This document shows, piece by piece, positions 41,728-44,113 of a stretch of 44,113 nucleotides of DNA (positions within the stretch are counted from its first letter, which is position 1; the number at the start of each line of letters is the position of its first letter). Origin of the DNA: a virus; IMG/VR virus record IMGVR_UViG_3300028422_000241. One strand, written 5' to 3'. Both the position numbers and the translations under genes were made by a program. The notes under the pieces were generated by a model. That model saw only the letters and a list, made by a program, of their open reading frames with translations, was not told the origin of the DNA and ran no database searches.

Positions 41728-42952
41728 TCACCACACCCCCAGCCGGTAACACGGGGATATAGTCCTCACCAAGTGTAATGTTAGCGGCAACGCCGTTGAG
41801 CTCTGTTCCGCTTATGTCGGTTACATAGGCCGAGCACTCGGAAAGGATCCGGCTTTCAATCTGAGAAATACGCACAACAAGGTTTTTGCTGCTTTCCCAG
41901 GCCTCGGCCAATTCATTAAAATACTTGTTTACTGCGGCATTTACGCTCGCCTTGGCGTTTTCCCATGTATAGCCGGATGCAAGCGTTATGTTGGTGCTTA
42001 CTTCCACCTCGGTAAGGCCTATGCCGTCAACCTGGACGATGTGCCCAATAGGAGCAAGCCCCACGCCCTCACCAGCGTTTTGTGTGGGATCAATTATGTT
42101 TTGCACGGTGTCAATTAGCTCCTCGGATGGGGTGGAGTTGTTAGCCGCCATTATAACCAGCCGGACCGTACCGCCTACCGCTAATTTTCTGTTGAGTGCG
42201 GCGTTATACACTGCTGTGATCCAGGCTTGTACGTCTGTATCAGATACGCCGATCATGCCTCCGTCAAACCACTCTTGCACCGCCTCCGGGGGGATAAGCT
42301 CCGAGGGTGGTGTGTCGGCGTTCCAGACAGGGTGCACTTTAACAGCGGTAATACCCTCAATTTCAAGCACCTTTTGCTTATAGTCGGCTTGGTTTCCACC
42401 AAAAGCCTGTGATTGGAGGGCATCCAGGATCCGCTGCCTAAATATTTCTGTGTCCTCCTCATCGTCACCGGGCACGAGCAGCTCAACCAGGTTGGCCGAG
42501 GTCAAGCCATCAATGTACTCAATGAGGATAAGGGCGCCGGTGTAGTCATTTGCAACCGTTCCCACCGTTTCACACACAACCCTGTGGCTCAGCCCGGTGC
42601 CGGTGTCCTCGGTCATTCGTTCTGTTACACGAAAGTTTAGATCCTCGCAGGAAAAGCGGGATCCAACCGGTACCTCAATGTTAAACTCCGCGCGGAAAAC
42701 TGCAGCACTCGCGGGCTTTGGTGAAAGCCCACGGTCCTTTGCGCGTTCTATGAGGTACTCTCGGGGTGCTGTTGCAATATAGGTGGCCGTAAATACAAAA
42801 TCAAGGCCGATGTACAGCTGTGCGAGCTCTGCCATGGCGGGCGCGTTACCGTTGTACACCATTGAGCCCTCCCGCTTGTCAAGCGTTGGGCTGATCCTTG
42901 AAAGAGCACTTGCAAGCAAACTTTCATATGTTCGATCCGCAAACAGGCTCAT
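41720..42952 (-). CDS. Baseplate J-like protein (XkdT-like)
   Basis: 410 aa. N-terminus YESLLASALSRISPTLDKREGSMVYN is typical of baseplate J. Confidence 0.88.
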   Translation of the reverse strand: MSLFADRTYESLLASALSRISPTLDKREGSMVYNGNAPAMAELAQLYIGLDFVFTATYIATAPREYLIERAKDRGLSPKPASAAVFRAEFNIEVPVGSRFSCEDLNFRVTERMTEDTGTGLSHRVVCETVGTVANDYTGALILIEYIDGLTSANLVELLVPGDDEEDTEIFRQRILDALQSQAFGGNQADYKQKVLEIEGITAVKVHPVWNADTPPSELIPPEAVQEWFDGGMIGVSDTDVQAWITAVYNAALNRKLAVGGTVRLVIMAANNSTPSEELIDTVQNIIDPTQNAGEGVGLAPIGHIVQVDGIGLTEVEVSTNITLASGYTWENAKASVNAAVNKYFNELAEAWESSKNLVVRISQIESRILSECSAYVTDISGTELNGVAANITLGEDYIPVLPAGGVVNE

Positions 42953-43368
42953 ATATCCACCTCCTTTGTTGTTTCAACATTTCCATAGATTGTATGGACA
43001 GTAAAAGTGACGATCACAGACTTTTTTGTTGTTTCAAATTTCCACTCGTCCACGCTCTCTATGCGATCATCCTGTGTCAGAGCCTCGGTAATACGGCGCT
43101 TTACCTCGCTCATAATGTAGTCTTTGGGCTGGCCGATAAGATCGGCAAGCTCCACGCCGTAATTGTAGGAGTATATCGGGTATGCGTACCGCTCCACGCT
43201 TAGCATTAAATACACCGCCTGCAGCATTGCATCGGCATCATTGGTCATGCCTTTAATACGCCCTTTGTCAATATCCAGCTTGTAGGTGTAGCTGGGCTGT
43301 TGCTCAAGGCCAAACTCCATAAGATCTATATCATCGCCGGTGTCCGGCAAAAAAGATAACACAGCCAT
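42949..43368 (-). CDS. Baseplate wedge protein (XkdS / gp25-like, DUF2634-like)
   Basis: AMLQAVYLMLSVERYAYPIYSYNYGVEL motif, 139 aa. Confidence 0.75.
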   Translation of the reverse strand: MAVLSFLPDTGDDIDLMEFGLEQQPSYTYKLDIDKGRIKGMTNDADAMLQAVYLMLSVERYAYPIYSYNYGVELADLIGQPKDYIMSEVKRRITEALTQDDRIESVDEWKFETTKKSVIVTFTVHTIYGNVETTKEVDI

Positions 43369-43772
43369 TACTCGGGCACCTCCACTCTGTCTAAGACTAT
43401 AAATTTTTGCCCGCCATCGCAGCGGAGCAGGAGCACCTTTTCACCCACTTTAAGGCCAAGGTGCACCGTAAACTTTTTACGCCCGGCATAGGCGTGTCTG
43501 TGGGAGGCAAAGGCACCATCGCCGGAGCCGCCGCTTGTATATTCGGTGTTGTGGCTAACTGTCATATCAACGGCAAAATCACGCACCGCATTTGTAAGCA
43601 TGAGCTGCGCGGTGGTGAGTGTCATTTTCTGGTCAATGCTGATTTTAAGCGGGTTTATTGAAATAACCTCGCCCAGGCAGTGAGCCATTGGCTTTTGCGC
43701 TTGAACAGCATCCAGAGCAGCCTTTTTCACAGCTTTAATTAGTGTGTTTGCACTAAGTGACAAATTTACCAC
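43368..43772 (-). CDS. XkdR-like (DUF2577-like) baseplate protein
   Basis: 134 aa between the XkdQ-like and XkdS-like genes. The start is uncertain (GTG 43772 or TTG 43763). Confidence 0.7.
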   Translation of the reverse strand: MVNLSLSANTLIKAVKKAALDAVQAQKPMAHCLGEVISINPLKISIDQKMTLTTAQLMLTNAVRDFAVDMTVSHNTEYTSGGSGDGAFASHRHAYAGRKKFTVHLGLKVGEKVLLLRCDGGQKFIVLDRVEVPE

Positions 43773-44113
43773 CCCTCAATTTTAACTCCATGAGGTGCTG
43801 CCCATCCTTAAAACTGTGCTTAACCTGTTCCACCATTAAGAAGTTTGAAAGGTTAATATCACCCAGCCCGAGTATGACAACCAGCATTGTGCCGGCACGC
43901 ACTCTCGTATCACCAAGGGCGTTTTTAATGCTCAAAGTGCGTGTTTTTGCATTGTACAATTTAAGCAAAGCATCTGCCATGGTTTTTGCGTTGGTCGCAT
44001 CGTCCAGCTTTTCAAAATACTGCAGCACGCCCCATTTGCTTATATTGGATCCGTCCTGTGCAATGAACACCTGGCGGGTTCCGGCATCACTGTCCTCATA
44101 TGTGAGTTTAATT
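43753..44113 (-). CDS. XkdQ-like tail/baseplate protein, C-terminal part (same gene as 1-749; 43970-44113 duplicates 1-144)
   Basis: The frame is open from the window end to the stop at 43753 and in frame with 1-749 across the junction. Confidence 0.75.
   Translation of the reverse strand, partial: IKLTYEDSDAGTRQVFIAQDGSNISKWGVLQYFEKLDDATNAKTMADALLKLYNAKTRTLSIKNALGDTRVRAGTMLVVILGLGDINLSNFLMVEQVKHSFKDGQHLMELKLRGGKFVT
43970..44113. repeat. Terminal overlap, identical to 1-144
   Basis: Verbatim 144-nt match with the start of the window. Confidence 0.97.

Noticed and set aside
1-44113. tRNA, rRNA or other structured RNA genes
   Set aside because: All intergenic gaps over 100 nt were read (10109-10268, 15347-15452, 17514-17786, 29331-29560, 33160-33327, 33538-33806, 37290-37637). 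None shows a cloverleaf-like arrangement or a conserved RNA-gene signature. A tRNAscan or Infernal run would be needed to exclude this formally.

Overview
The window is a complete, circularly closed phage genome. Its unique length is 43,969 bp, and bases 1-144 recur verbatim at 43970-44113. It is a temperate, contractile-tailed phage of a Bacillota host; a Clostridia-type host is a low-confidence inference. Nearly all genes are on the minus strand.

Minus-strand modules, in transcription order:
- Early/replication module (29330 down to 17226): excisionase-like HTH, membrane-anchored lytic transglycosylase, DUF2800-type PD-(D/E)XK nuclease, DUF2815 SSB-like protein, family A DNA polymerase, Dam-like and MT-A70 adenine methyltransferases, P4/VirE-type primase-helicase, VRR-NUC and SNF2 helicase.
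- Late regulator and terminase (15857-13606).
- Head module (13592-7309), including a MuF/gp7 protein with a C-terminal Cys-His-Asp toxin-like domain followed by a putative immunity gene.
- PBSX-like tail and baseplate module (XkdK to XkdU order), which wraps the window junction (6684 down to 1, then 43772 down to 39830).
- Lysis cassette (35645-33807).

Plus-strand genes are a cI-like repressor, a DUF4428/SHOCT protein, a large serine integrase (together 29561-32253) and a small XRE regulator (33328-33537).

The standout system is a diversity-generating retroelement (DGR). Its target gene is 37638-39410, with the variable repeat (VR) at 37681-37785. The template repeat (TR) is at 37461-37565 and the reverse transcriptase at 36141-37289. 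All 17 TR/VR mismatches fall on TR adenines, and no Avd-like accessory gene is visible.

Other notable items:
- Two dispersed copies of a roughly 260-bp non-coding region packed with ATGTTAGA iterons. One abuts the primase-helicase stop codon and the other abuts the holin stop codon.
- Face-to-face consensus promoters at the lysis/lysogeny switch.
- A G13 tract inside the Dam-like methyltransferase.
- An A_AAA_AAC -1 frameshift site in the tail chaperone gene.
- An operator-controlled three-gene accessory operon next to the integrase.

No tRNA, rRNA or CRISPR array was seen. All homology calls rest on motif recognition by eye, not on database searches.
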